Of a DNA stretch of 64,000 nt, positions 9,098 through 18,241 are shown piece after piece. The notes beneath the pieces are model-generated. The model was not told where the DNA came from and did no database searches. It was given only the letters and a program-made list of their open reading frames with translations. Both the position numbers and the translations under genes were made by a program. The DNA comes from Chloroflexota bacterium. GTDB taxonomy: Bacteria; Chloroflexota; Dehalococcoidia; Lucifugimonadales; UBA1127. The stretch covers positions 26,082 through 90,081 of the forward strand of contig JAPONS010000069.1 in assembly GCA_026713825.1 (NCBI GenBank), in the 5' to 3' direction. Position 1 is the first letter of the stretch, and every line of letters starts with the position of its first letter.

Positions 9098-9943
9098 ATG
9101 ATCATTGACTCACACGTACACGTTTACCCGCCGTCGTTTCGCGAGCGGCGGGAGGAGATTGCGCGTCGCGACGCGACCTTCCGCGAGCTGTATTCGAACC
9201 CACAGGCCGTGCTGGCCAGTGTGGACGACCTGCTGGTTGCTATGGATGAGGCGGGCGTCGACGCGGCGGTGGCGGTGGGGATCGGGTGGACGGACCCCGG
9301 CGTTGCGCGGGAGGCGAACGACTACCTGGCGGAATGCGTGGCGCGAAGCGGCGGGCGGCTGCTGGCCTTCGGGTCGGTGAACCCCGCGTGGGGCGACGAC
9401 GCGCTTGCCGAGGTGGAGCGGTGCGCGGAGGCGGGGCTCGCGGGCGTCGGGGAGCTGCACCCGGACACGCAGGGGTTCAGCATCGACGACGTCTCGCTCA
9501 TGGGGCCGTTGATGGCGCTCGCGAGGCGGCTGGGGATGCCAGTGCTGACGCATGCGTCGGAGCCGGTGGGGCACAGCTACGCGGGCAAGGGCACGGTGAC
9601 GCCCGAGAAGGCGCTGCGGTTCATCGAGGCGTTTCCGGGGCAGCCGATTATCGCGGCGCACTGGGGCGGCGGGCTGCCGTTCTACGCGCTTATGCCGGAG
9701 GTCAAGGCGGCCCTCGCCGACGCCTACTTCGACTCGGCGGCGTCGCCGTTCCTGTACGCGCCGGACGTCTTTGCGAACGTTGCCCGAGCGCTCGGGGCGG
9801 AGCGGATGCTGTTCGGGACGGACTTCCCGCTCATCAAGCACGCCCGGCTGCTGGCGCAGGTGCGGGAGAGCGGACTGTCGGATGAGGAGCAGGCGCTTAT
9901 CCTGGGCGGGAACGCGGCCGGGCTCTTTGGGCTGGGCGGCTGA
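9098..9943 (+). CDS. amidohydrolase-family metal-dependent hydrolase
   Basis: MIIDSHVHVYPP metal-binding HxH motif, later THASEP and FGTDFP. TIM-barrel amidohydrolase pattern. Confidence 0.75.
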   Translation: MIIDSHVHVYPPSFRERREEIARRDATFRELYSNPQAVLASVDDLLVAMDEAGVDAAVAVGIGWTDPGVAREANDYLAECVARSGGRLLAFGSVNPAWGDDALAEVERCAEAGLAGVGELHPDTQGFSIDDVSLMGPLMALARRLGMPVLTHASEPVGHSYAGKGTVTPEKALRFIEAFPGQPIIAAHWGGGLPFYALMPEVKAALADAYFDSAASPFLYAPDVFANVARALGAERMLFGTDFPLIKHARLLAQVRESGLSDEEQALILGGNAAGLFGLGG

Positions 9944-9948
9944 CGGCG

Positions 9949-10482
9949 ATGGAGACGCTGCCCGACTACCTGCGGCCGGGGCTCGACATCGTGCTGGTGG
10001 GGCTGAACCCGTCGATACCCTCGGCGCAGACGGGGCGCTACTTCGCGAACCCGCGGAACCGATTCTGGCGCGCCTTCAACGCGGCGGGGCTCACGCCGGA
10101 ATCGCTGGGGCCCGAGACGGACCATCGGATGCTCGACTTCGGCATCGGCATGACGGACGTGGTAAAGCGGCCGACGCCGGGGGCGGGCGCGCTGACGGCG
10201 GCGGACTTTCGCGCGGGGGCGGCCGAGCTTCGCGAGCGGCTGCTGGGGGCGTCGCCGCGCATCGTCAGCTTCCACGGCGTAATGGCGGCGTCGCAGTACC
10301 GGCGGCACGGCGACGGGAGCCGGGAGCGGGTGGCGCTGGGACTGCAGGAGTGGCGCATCGGAGAGTCAGTCGTCTTTGTGACGCCCAACCCAAGCCCGGC
10401 CAACGCCAGCTTCAGCCTGGAGGACCTGACCGCGTGGTACGCGCGGCTGAGGGAGTTGCGTGACCAGCTCAAACCGGCCTGA
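9949..10482 (+). CDS. mug: G/U mismatch-specific DNA glycosylase (UDG family 2)
   Basis: VGLNPSIPSAQTGRYFANPRNRFW closely parallels the E. coli Mug active-site region. Confidence 0.85.
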   Translation: METLPDYLRPGLDIVLVGLNPSIPSAQTGRYFANPRNRFWRAFNAAGLTPESLGPETDHRMLDFGIGMTDVVKRPTPGAGALTAADFRAGAAELRERLLGASPRIVSFHGVMAASQYRRHGDGSRERVALGLQEWRIGESVVFVTPNPSPANASFSLEDLTAWYARLRELRDQLKPA

Positions 10483-11068
10483 GCAGCTCCGGCTCTTCGT
10501 GGCGGTGGCGCTGCCGCCCGAGGTGCGGGAGGTTCTCGCGAGGGCGATCGGCAGGCTCCGCGACGCCGATCTTCGGGGCGTGCGCACCGTTGCGCCGGAG
10601 GGCGTGCACGTCACGCTGAAGTTTCTGGGGAATGTGGACACCGGCCTCGTGCCGTCACTTTCCGAGGCGTTGACCGCTGGGGGCGAGGGCGTCGCGCCAT
10701 TCGAGCTCGCGTTGCAGGGCGTTGGCGCGTTCCCGGACGAGCGCGCGCCGCGGGCGCTGTGGGCGGGGATAGCGGGCGACACCGAGTCCCTCGCGGGGCT
10801 TGCGCGGCGTGTGGACGAGGCGTGCGCGACGCTGGGGTTCGCGCGGGAGCGACGCGCGTTCACGCCGCACCTCACCATCGCGCGGCTGCGCGACAGCGCA
10901 ACTGTCAACGACCGGGACCGCGCGGCACAGGCGCTGGCCGCTATTCGTGCCGACGTGGACGGCAGGTTCACGGTCGACGCGCTGCACCTGATCAAGAGCA
11001 CGCTTTCCCAAACCGGGCCCACCTACCAGACGCTGCACACAGTCCATCTCCGCCAAAGAGTAGGGTAG
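10460..11068 (+). CDS. thpR: RNA 2',3'-cyclic phosphodiesterase (2H phosphoesterase)
   Basis: Two HxT/S motifs: HVTLKFLG and HLTIAR. Confidence 0.85.
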   Translation: MTSSNRPEQLRLFVAVALPPEVREVLARAIGRLRDADLRGVRTVAPEGVHVTLKFLGNVDTGLVPSLSEALTAGGEGVAPFELALQGVGAFPDERAPRALWAGIAGDTESLAGLARRVDEACATLGFARERRAFTPHLTIARLRDSATVNDRDRAAQALAAIRADVDGRFTVDALHLIKSTLSQTGPTYQTLHTVHLRQRVG

Positions 11069-11209
11069 GCCGCCGGCGAGTTACCCCGTGTTACCGGAGC
11101 ACTTTTCCGTCGGCCCCCTCCAAACCGGATGTGCGGCTTTCACCGCATTCGGCTCTCCAGTGTCGTTACAGAGTCGTAGTGCCTAGGGTTGTGGTGGTAT
11201 TTGTAAGAG

Positions 11210-11690
11210 TCAGTAGACAATGCTTAGCAGTGCAGTCCACGACTCGAAGGGTTGGTTGTCTGCCGGAACAGTGACCTCTGTGACCTGACCGGGTGCGAGG
11301 TCATGTGCGTCCTGAGGGTCAAGGGTGGTGCCGTGTTCTCCGCGCCAGACTATGGTCGAAACTTCGATCGCGTACAGCGTGTTATCCGTGGTGTTCTCAA
11401 TGGTGCCTTTGAAGGCGTTTACGGCCTTGTCATAAGACAGAACCAAACGTACCCCGTGTTCTGTCCTGTCATAGGTAGCGAAGGGGGTGTTGTTATTACC
11501 GTACCGTAGGGGCAGGGGGGGGGAGCTTGGCGTACTCTGTGGCTATCATGGCCATGTCTTGGTTCCACCTTTCGGAGCTCTCTGGACGGTCACGGTCTGA
11601 CCGGCTATCACAGCCGACGAAAGTGAGTGTGAGGCCAAGCATCACGAGGAGGGTGCCGATTGTAACCAGTTGTTGACTAGGTCGCTGCAC
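11210..11690 (-). pseudogene. lipoprotein gene split by a frameshift at a homopolymer tract (or phase-variable)
   Basis: ORF 11496..11690 encodes only a signal peptide with lipobox LTFVGC plus about 40 aa. The frame of ORF 11210..11446 stays open up to 11542, through the C9 tract. Losing one base in the tract fuses the two frames. Confidence 0.45.
11515..11523. repeat. G9/C9 homopolymer tract
   Basis: Nine consecutive G on the plus strand, read directly from the sequence. Confidence 0.95.
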
Positions 11691-12006
11691 GCTTGCCTCC
11701 TGAATTGTGGGGGACGGAGCGTGTTGATTCTACCACCGTTGGGACACTACCAACTAAGTTGTGGGCGCGGTTGCCAGTTGCCTCCGTGGACGTTCAAGTG
11801 GCAGGGACGGCAGACCACGAGGGGCCTGCGCCGTCGCCGCCACCCACCTCATCCAGAGCACGCTCACGCCTTCGGGCGCGCGGTACGAAACGTTGCACAG
11901 CGTACGCCTCCGGCAGAAGGCCGGGTAAAACGGGGCGACGGGCGACTGCGTCCCGCAGCGCCCGGAGCGTGGTATGCTCGATACATGGACGCTATGAGCT
12001 TGCGGG

Positions 12007-12918
12007 GTGACTCCATTGGCAGCGCACGAGGGTAGGTCGCTGGGCATACCGGGCGGCAGGCGGGTGGGACTCGCGATGCTTGGCGGCGGCGCGCTGCTCC
12101 TGGCGGTCGCGGGCGGCTTCTTCGGCTACCAGGCCTACATCGACGAGCGATACGAGCCGGTGGTGGTCATCACCACGGAGCCGACGCTGCCCTCTCAGGA
12201 GGAACTGCAGCAACTGATCACGCCGCCGACCGATGTGCCCGCAGTTCCCGCGCAGACTCAGCCGGTCACCACCACGCCGCTGCAAGACACCGGCCCCGCA
12301 CCCTCCGCCGCAACCCTCGGCGAGGTCTATGGGGGCTGGGACGCGGCCCCGCAGGACTGGACAAATCCCCTCTGGGCCAAGGAGCGGGGCGCGCCGGAGT
12401 TCACGTCGGGATTTCTGCCGGTCTCGGAGCTGGACCTGCCGGAGTCGGGGCTGGCGCCGGCCACCCTCGTCCGCATCCCCGTCATCGGGCTCGAATCCAG
12501 GACGATCGAGCTTGGCATCCTCACGACGGACGAGGGGCACCTCAAATACGAATCGCCGATCTACGAGGTCGGCATCATCCCGGGGCACACCACTCCCGGC
12601 GAGCTGGGCAACACCTGGCTGTTCGGGCACCTGGAGAGCCCGCTCAAGGACGAGGGCGCCGTCTTCCGCGACCTTCCCAAGCTCCATGACTACCTTCGAT
12701 CCGGCGAGCCGGTCTACGTCATCGTCGACAGCGACGACGGCAGCTTCCTGTACCAGGCCACGGAGTTCCGCATCCTCCCCAAGGAGCAGGTGAACTTCTG
12801 GGGCTCCGACGGCCGCACCGCGACGCTGGTCTGCTCATGGCCGCGGTTCATCTACGACGAGCGGGTGGTGGTGACGGCGGAGCTGGTGGGGGCGCGGCTG
12901 AAGCGGCCACTTTCTTGA
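12007..12918 (+). CDS. sortase-like membrane-anchored transpeptidase (tentative)
   Basis: N-terminal TM segment, then GHTTPGELGNTWLFGHL, GEPVYV and ATLVCSWP. These are reminiscent of the sortase His, beta-strand and TLxTC Cys motifs. Confidence 0.45.
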   Translation: MTPLAAHEGRSLGIPGGRRVGLAMLGGGALLLAVAGGFFGYQAYIDERYEPVVVITTEPTLPSQEELQQLITPPTDVPAVPAQTQPVTTTPLQDTGPAPSAATLGEVYGGWDAAPQDWTNPLWAKERGAPEFTSGFLPVSELDLPESGLAPATLVRIPVIGLESRTIELGILTTDEGHLKYESPIYEVGIIPGHTTPGELGNTWLFGHLESPLKDEGAVFRDLPKLHDYLRSGEPVYVIVDSDDGSFLYQATEFRILPKEQVNFWGSDGRTATLVCSWPRFIYDERVVVTAELVGARLKRPLS

Positions 12919-12944
12919 CGCCCTCGGCGGGGCACTGCTAGCAT
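12915..12944 (+). promoter_or_regulatory. sigma-70-like promoter TTGACG-N18-TAGCAT ahead of the ileS leader
   Basis: Hexamers read directly from the sequence. Same spacing as the trpS leader promoter. Confidence 0.4.
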
Positions 12945-13228
12945 GACTGAAAGGCAGTGACGGAGACGAGTACCTGGTGTCACCCCCTCCAGCGAGTCCG
13001 GGACGGTGGAAGCGGACAGGCGGGCGCCCAGCGAAAATCCCTCCCGAGCCGTGCCCCGAACGGGTGTAGAGATCCACACCTGCTAGGCCGCACCGGAAGC
13101 CCACCGTTATCTCGGGCGGGGGCGTGATGGCGCCCTACAAGCGCCAGCGCCGCACAGGGCTGCGGTGTTGGAATAAGGGTGGTACCGCGGGCAACGAGAC
13201 CCGTCCCTTTTGAGGGACGGGCTTTTTT
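12945..13228 (+). promoter_or_regulatory. T-box riboswitch leader, candidate Ile (ATC) specifier
   Basis: T-box sequence AATAAGGGTGGTACCGCGG at 13172-13190. Stem I elements AGCGAG and GGTGGAAGC. GAAA-ATC-C at about 13033-13040. Lies upstream of ileS. Confidence 0.85.
13200..13228 (+). terminator. intrinsic terminator of the ileS T-box
   Basis: Hairpin CCCGTCCC-TTTTGA-GGGACGGG followed by a T6 run. Confidence 0.8.
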
Positions 13229-13260
13229 GTGGGCCGGGAAGGCCCGGCGGGGAGTGAAGC

Positions 13261-16200
13261 ATGTTTCAGCCGGTATCCAGCAAGGTGAACTTTCCGGAGT
13301 TGGAGGACCGAACGCTCCAGTTCTGGCGGGACCGCGACGTCTTTCGCCGCACGTGGTCGGAAAGGGAGGGGCAGCCGCTCTTCATGCTCTACGAGGGGCC
13401 GCCGACGACCAACGGCACGCCGGGCATGCACCACGTGCTGGCGCGGGTGTTCAAGGACGTCATCCCGCGGTACAAGACGATGCGCGGCTACCGGCCCTTC
13501 CGCAAGGGCGGGTGGGACACGCACGGGCTGCCGGTGGAGCTGGAGGTCGAGAAAGAGCTGGGCTTCACCTCCAAGTGGGAGATCGAGAACTACGGCATCG
13601 ACAAGTTCAACGCGCTGTGCCGCGAGAGCGTGCAGCGCTACAAGGGCGAGTGGGAGGACCTGACGGAGCGCGTCGGGTTCTGGATCGACCTCGACGACCC
13701 GTATGTGACCTTCCACAACGGCTACATCCAGACGGGATGGTGGATCATCAAGGAGCTGTGGGACCGGGGGCTGGTGTACTCGGGCTACCGGGTGACGCCT
13801 CACTGCCCCCGCTGCGTGACGTCACTCAGCTCGCACGAGGTCTCGCTGGGGTACAAGGAGGACACGCCGGACCCGTCCATCTACGTGCGCTTCCCGCTCG
13901 ATGCCGAGCAGGACGAGGCGCTCGACGCCGCGCGGCGGATGGGGTGGAGCGAGGCAGGCTGGGACGGCCCTGTGCCGTCGGCGCTGGCGTGGACGACGAC
14001 ACCGTGGACGCTGACGGCGAACATGGCGCTGGCGGTCGCGCCGGACGAGGACTACGCGCTGCTGCGGTCGCCGAACGGCGGGGAGCGGGCGCTGCTGGTC
14101 CGCGCACGCATCGAGGACGTGCTGGGCGAGGGCTGGACGGAGGAGACATCGTTCAAGGGCAGCGAGCTGCAGGGGCTGCGGTACTCGCCGCCCTTCGCGA
14201 ACGCCACGGAAGACGACGGCTCGCCGTTCCCGCACCGCGTGCTGCCGGCGGACTACGTCGGCGTGGACGACGGCACGGGCATCGTGCACACGGCGCCCGC
14301 CTACGGGGCGGAGGACTACGAACTCGGGCGCACGTTCGGGCTGCCGACGCACCACTCGGTGGACATGCTGGGCGTGCTGGCGGAGGGCTTTCCGGGGGGC
14401 GGCACCTTCGTCAAGGAGGCGGACAGCGCCATCATCGCGGACCTGGAGCGTCGCGGGCTGCTGTACCGCGGCGGCACGATGACGCACACCTACCCCTTCT
14501 GCTGGCGGTGCGACACGCCGCTGCTGTACTACGCCAAGCCGTCCTGGTACATCCGCACGACGGCGCACAAGGACGAGATGGTGGCCATGAACCGGGAGAT
14601 CAACTGGTATCCGGGCCACTTCCAGGAGGGGCGCTTCGGCGAGTGGCTGCGCAACAACGTGGACTGGGCCATCTCCCGCGAGCGGTACTGGGGCACGCCG
14701 ATCCCCATCTGGCGGTGCGAGCAGTGCGGGCACGACGAGTGCTTCGGCGACCTGGACACGCTGAGGGAGCGGGCCACGGCGGAGACGCGGGGCGTGCTCA
14801 ATCCGGACGGGCTCGACCTGCACCGGCCGTACATCGACAGCGTCGTGGTCACGTGCGCGGAGTGCGGCAGTGAGGCGCGGCGGACGCCCGAGGTGCTGGA
14901 CTGCTGGTTCGACTCGGGGGCGATGCCGTACGCGCAGTTCCACTTCCCCAAGGGCTCGCCGGAGCTGTTCAGCGACGGCCGCTTCCCGGCGGACTACATC
15001 TGCGAGGGCGTCGACCAGACGCGGGGCTGGTTCTACAGCCTGCACGCGCTGTCGGTGCTGCTGCGCAACCAGCCGAGCTACCGCAACGTCATCTGCCTCG
15101 GCCTCATCCTGGACGGCGAGGGCGAGAAGATGAGCAAGACCAAGGGGAACATCGTGGAGCCGTGGGCGGTCATCAACGCGCACGGGGCCGACGCGGTCCG
15201 GTGGTACCTGCTGACGGCGGCGCCGCCCGGGAACTCGCGGCGGTTCTCGCAAGACCTCGTGGAGGAGTCGGTGCGGCGGTTCCTGCTGACGCTGTGGAAC
15301 ACGTACAGCTTCTTCGTGACCTACGCGCGGCTGGACGGCTTCGACCCGATGGCGGCGGCGGCGGTACAACCGACGGCGGAACTGGACCGGTGGGCGCTGT
15401 CGGAGCTGAACCAGCTCGTGGCGGACGTGACGGACGAGATGGACGGCTACAACCCGACGGACGCGGGGCGCAAGATCGAGGCGTTCGTCGAGGAGCTGTC
15501 GACGTGGTACGTGCGGCGCAGCCGGCGGCGGTTCTGGAAGAGCGAGAATGACGGCGACAAGCGCTCGGCGTACCAGACGCTGTACACGTGCCTGGTGACG
15601 TTGAGCAAGCTGCTGGCGCCGCTGACGCCGTTTGTGGCGGAGGAGATGTACCAGAACCTGGTGGCGTCGGCGGACCCGGAGGCGCCGGACAGCGTCCACC
15701 TCGCCGCGTTCCCTGAGTCCGACGAGGCGCTCATCGACCACGAGCTAGCGGAGGCCGTGCAGGTGGTGATGCGCGTCGTCAGCATGGGCCGCGCCGCACG
15801 GAGCAAGAGCCGCGTCAAGGTGCGGCAGCCGCTTTCGGAGGCGGTGGTGATGACGCGGTCGCAGGGCGAGGCCGAGGCGCTGGAGCGGCTGGCGGACCAG
15901 GTGCGGGACGAGCTGAACGTGAAGGCCGTGCGCACCATCGACGCGGCGGAGGTGGCGAGGCTGCTCTCGGTGCGGCTCAACGGGTCCGTCGTCGGGCCGA
16001 AGTACACGGACCGGCTGCCGGAGCTGCGGCGGGCCTTCGAGGAGGCCGACAAGGCGGCGATCGCGGGCCGGATGCTGGCGGGCGAGACGGCGGCCATCGG
16101 CGGCTTCGAGGTGACGAGCGAGGACCTGGAGGTTGCGCCCGCCACCGACGGGGTCGTGGCGGGGTCGCTGGAGGGCGGCTACTTCGTGGGCGTGAACACG

Positions 16201-16500
16201 GTGATCACGCCGGAGCTGCGGCAGGAGGGGCTGGCGCGGGAGCTGGTGCACAACATCCAGAACATGCGCCGGGCGGCGGGGCTGGACATCTCGGACCGCA
16301 TCGTCATCACGCACGAGGGCGCCAGCGAGCTGCAGGCGCTGCTGGGCGAGGGGCCGCTGGGCGACTACGTCCGGGGCGAGACGCTGGCCGTCGAGGCGGC
16401 GGCGGGCGCGCCGGGTGCGTCCGGCACGCCGGGCGGCGGCTACTCGGAGACGCTCAAGATCGAGGGGATGGAGCTGACGGTCGGCGTCAGGCGGGCCTAA
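13261..16500 (+). CDS. ileS: isoleucine--tRNA ligase
   Basis: 1079 aa with PPTTNGTPGMHH (HIGH region) and KMSKTKGN (KMSKS). Has the editing domain and a Zn-binding CxxC pair. Confidence 0.97.
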   Translation: MFQPVSSKVNFPELEDRTLQFWRDRDVFRRTWSEREGQPLFMLYEGPPTTNGTPGMHHVLARVFKDVIPRYKTMRGYRPFRKGGWDTHGLPVELEVEKELGFTSKWEIENYGIDKFNALCRESVQRYKGEWEDLTERVGFWIDLDDPYVTFHNGYIQTGWWIIKELWDRGLVYSGYRVTPHCPRCVTSLSSHEVSLGYKEDTPDPSIYVRFPLDAEQDEALDAARRMGWSEAGWDGPVPSALAWTTTPWTLTANMALAVAPDEDYALLRSPNGGERALLVRARIEDVLGEGWTEETSFKGSELQGLRYSPPFANATEDDGSPFPHRVLPADYVGVDDGTGIVHTAPAYGAEDYELGRTFGLPTHHSVDMLGVLAEGFPGGGTFVKEADSAIIADLERRGLLYRGGTMTHTYPFCWRCDTPLLYYAKPSWYIRTTAHKDEMVAMNREINWYPGHFQEGRFGEWLRNNVDWAISRERYWGTPIPIWRCEQCGHDECFGDLDTLRERATAETRGVLNPDGLDLHRPYIDSVVVTCAECGSEARRTPEVLDCWFDSGAMPYAQFHFPKGSPELFSDGRFPADYICEGVDQTRGWFYSLHALSVLLRNQPSYRNVICLGLILDGEGEKMSKTKGNIVEPWAVINAHGADAVRWYLLTAAPPGNSRRFSQDLVEESVRRFLLTLWNTYSFFVTYARLDGFDPMAAAAVQPTAELDRWALSELNQLVADVTDEMDGYNPTDAGRKIEAFVEELSTWYVRRSRRRFWKSENDGDKRSAYQTLYTCLVTLSKLLAPLTPFVAEEMYQNLVASADPEAPDSVHLAAFPESDEALIDHELAEAVQVVMRVVSMGRAARSKSRVKVRQPLSEAVVMTRSQGEAEALERLADQVRDELNVKAVRTIDAAEVARLLSVRLNGSVVGPKYTDRLPELRRAFEEADKAAIAGRMLAGETAAIGGFEVTSEDLEVAPATDGVVAGSLEGGYFVGVNTVITPELRQEGLARELVHNIQNMRRAAGLDISDRIVITHEGASELQALLGEGPLGDYVRGETLAVEAAAGAPGASGTPGGGYSETLKIEGMELTVGVRRA

Positions 16501-16512
16501 GACTCTTCGGGG

Positions 16513-16830
16513 TCAGGCGGGAGTCGGAGCAGGAGCTTCAAATTCCACATCCACCATGCCGAACGTGGTTTCCACGGCCTGGTCTCCCTCTCCGGCGGCC
16601 AAAAGCTCCGCGCTGTGGTAGGCCATCGCCTCACAGAGCGACATGCCTGGCTCCGGGATGGGTTCCCCTTTCTCGGCCAAGCCCTGAAAGTGAAAGGCCA
16701 GCGCCTCTCTGATCATCACCTGCATCTCGTCCCATGTGCTGGCCGTGGCGATGCAGCCGGGAACGTCGGGCGCATAGGCGGCATAGTTGTTGGGAGAACG
16801 CTCGAACACTACCGCATAGCTGCGCTTCAT
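16513..16830 (-). CDS. hicB: HicB-family antitoxin
   Basis: YAVVFERSPNNYAAYAPDVPGCIATASTWDEMQVMIREALAFHFQGL is a typical HicB N-terminal domain. Confidence 0.8.
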   Translation of the reverse strand: MKRSYAVVFERSPNNYAAYAPDVPGCIATASTWDEMQVMIREALAFHFQGLAEKGEPIPEPGMSLCEAMAYHSAELLAAGEGDQAVETTFGMVDVEFEAPAPTPA

Positions 16831-16956
16831 CGTTCCCTCCCTTCAAGCCCCGCCTGTTTCAGTATGCGCCGCCAAGTGCCGGTGGCTGCCTGTTGTCCGT
16901 ACATGATGCCAGCCATCGCGTTCAACAACACGAATGGCCTCCCTGACCTTGGGCAT
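16827..16956 (-). pseudogene. hicA: decayed hicA toxin gene (internal deletion plus frameshift)
   Basis: From ATG 16956 the sequence reads MPKVREAIRVVERDGWHHVRTTGSHRH, then stops at 16843. The HicA C-terminal motif GTWRRILKQAGL is in another frame and ends in an ATGA overlap with hicB. The span is 130 nt, which is not a multiple of 3 and too short for HicA. Confidence 0.6.
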
Positions 16957-16962
16957 GCAGGC

Positions 16963-18183
16963 CTAGCGGGAGTCCGCGCCGACGACGGCGGCGTTGGCCT
17001 TGTCGTGCAGCGAGTTGCCCTCACGCTCCCACCTCGCCGCGAGGTAGGGGCTGGAGGCGAGGAGCTTCTGCAGCGTCTTGAAGCGCGAGGCGCTGAGCTT
17101 GGGCGCGCCGAGGATGCGTGCAGCCTCGCCGGCGGCGCGGGTTCCGTTGAGCACGCCGGTGTCCTTGTCGACGCGCTGCGACCACCGCTCGTGGATCTCC
17201 GACTCCCAGCCGCCGTTGGTCGTGACGACCGGTGCAGGTGGCGTTGCCGACGGGGTCGGCGGGGGTTCCGGCGCCGCGGTCACGACGGGAGGAGCCTGCC
17301 GCTGGACTGCGGGGGCGGGCTGCGGGGCGGCGGCTGACGGCCTCGGCGTTGAGCGCGCGGGCCTTGGCCGCGACGGGGCGGGCGTCCGGACGGGCGGAGG
17401 CGGCGCGGCCTGCACGGGCTCGACGGGCGGGGCCGCCGTGGCGGTCGATTGCTGACTCCTCGACTTGCCCGCGAGCACCTTCCCGATGCCCGGCAATCGC
17501 GCCATGCCCGTCGGCTTGAGGCTGATGCTGATGTCGTCGGAGCCGCGGGCGCGGGTGACCTTCACGACGGGGGACGCATCCAGGAACTGCGTGAAGGTAC
17601 GGTAGCCCATGGAGCGGAAATCAAAGCTGGGGTCAATGCGGGTCATGGTCTGGTGCAAGCGCGAGCCCGCCACCTTGCCCTCGTCGTCGGCGGAGGCGTC
17701 GATGGCGCGCTGGACGAGGGCGTCGAGGGAGCGGGAGTCGGCGGGGGCGGTCTTGGGCTCGGTGCCGAGGTAGATGTAGCGGTCGCAGGCGCGGACGAGC
17801 GTCGTGGAGACGACGTCGCGTCGGCCTGCGCCGATGACGGTCTTGCCGGCGGAGCGCAGCTTGCTGACGAGGGTGACGAAGTCGCTGTCGGCGGACACGA
17901 TGACGAAAGTGTCGACGGGGGAGCGGTAGAGGAGGTCGACAGCGTCGATGGCGAGGGAGATGTCGCTGGAGTTCTTGGCCACGCGTGCGGCGTGGAAGTG
18001 GTGGACGGCCTCGATGCCGAGCTCGAGGAGCTGGTCGCGCTGGCGGGCGCCGGAGGACCAGTCGGCGTAGGCGCGCTTGACGATGATGCGCCCGAGGTCC
18101 GAGAGCTGGTCGAACAACCCCTGGACGGCGCCGAGGCCCACGTTCTCGTAATCGATCAGGACCGCTATCTGCGACTCACTCAT
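16963..18183 (-). CDS. NYN (LabA-like) nuclease domain protein with OST-HTH/LOTUS domain, Pro-rich linker and unknown C-terminal domain
   Basis: NYN motifs IAVLIDYENV, KRAYADW, NSSDISLAIDAVDLL and VSADSDFVTLVSKLRSAGKTVIG. These are followed by an OST-HTH-like segment (GSRLHQTMTRIDPSFDFRSMGYRTFTQFL). Confidence 0.8.
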   Translation of the reverse strand: MSESQIAVLIDYENVGLGAVQGLFDQLSDLGRIIVKRAYADWSSGARQRDQLLELGIEAVHHFHAARVAKNSSDISLAIDAVDLLYRSPVDTFVIVSADSDFVTLVSKLRSAGKTVIGAGRRDVVSTTLVRACDRYIYLGTEPKTAPADSRSLDALVQRAIDASADDEGKVAGSRLHQTMTRIDPSFDFRSMGYRTFTQFLDASPVVKVTRARGSDDISISLKPTGMARLPGIGKVLAGKSRSQQSTATAAPPVEPVQAAPPPPVRTPAPSRPRPARSTPRPSAAAPQPAPAVQRQAPPVVTAAPEPPPTPSATPPAPVVTTNGGWESEIHERWSQRVDKDTGVLNGTRAAGEAARILGAPKLSASRFKTLQKLLASSPYLAARWEREGNSLHDKANAAVVGADSR

Positions 18184-18241
18184 GCTAATACGTTACTCTC
18201 TCTCATATTGCCCGGCTAGTGTCTGGGGCCATCAGCCGCGG

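Noticed and set aside
13179-15741. Long ORFs 13179..14873 (+) and 13822..15741 (-) overlapping ileS
   Set aside because: They are off-frame or antisense shadow ORFs typical of high-GC DNA, with Arg/Ala/Gly/Pro-rich and low-complexity translations. The ileS frame has unmistakable aaRS motifs.
17200-17480. ORFs in the Pro/Ala-rich stretch (for example 17078..17455, 17232..17519)
   Set aside because: They lie opposite the low-complexity linker of the NYN/OST-HTH protein and are shadow ORFs.
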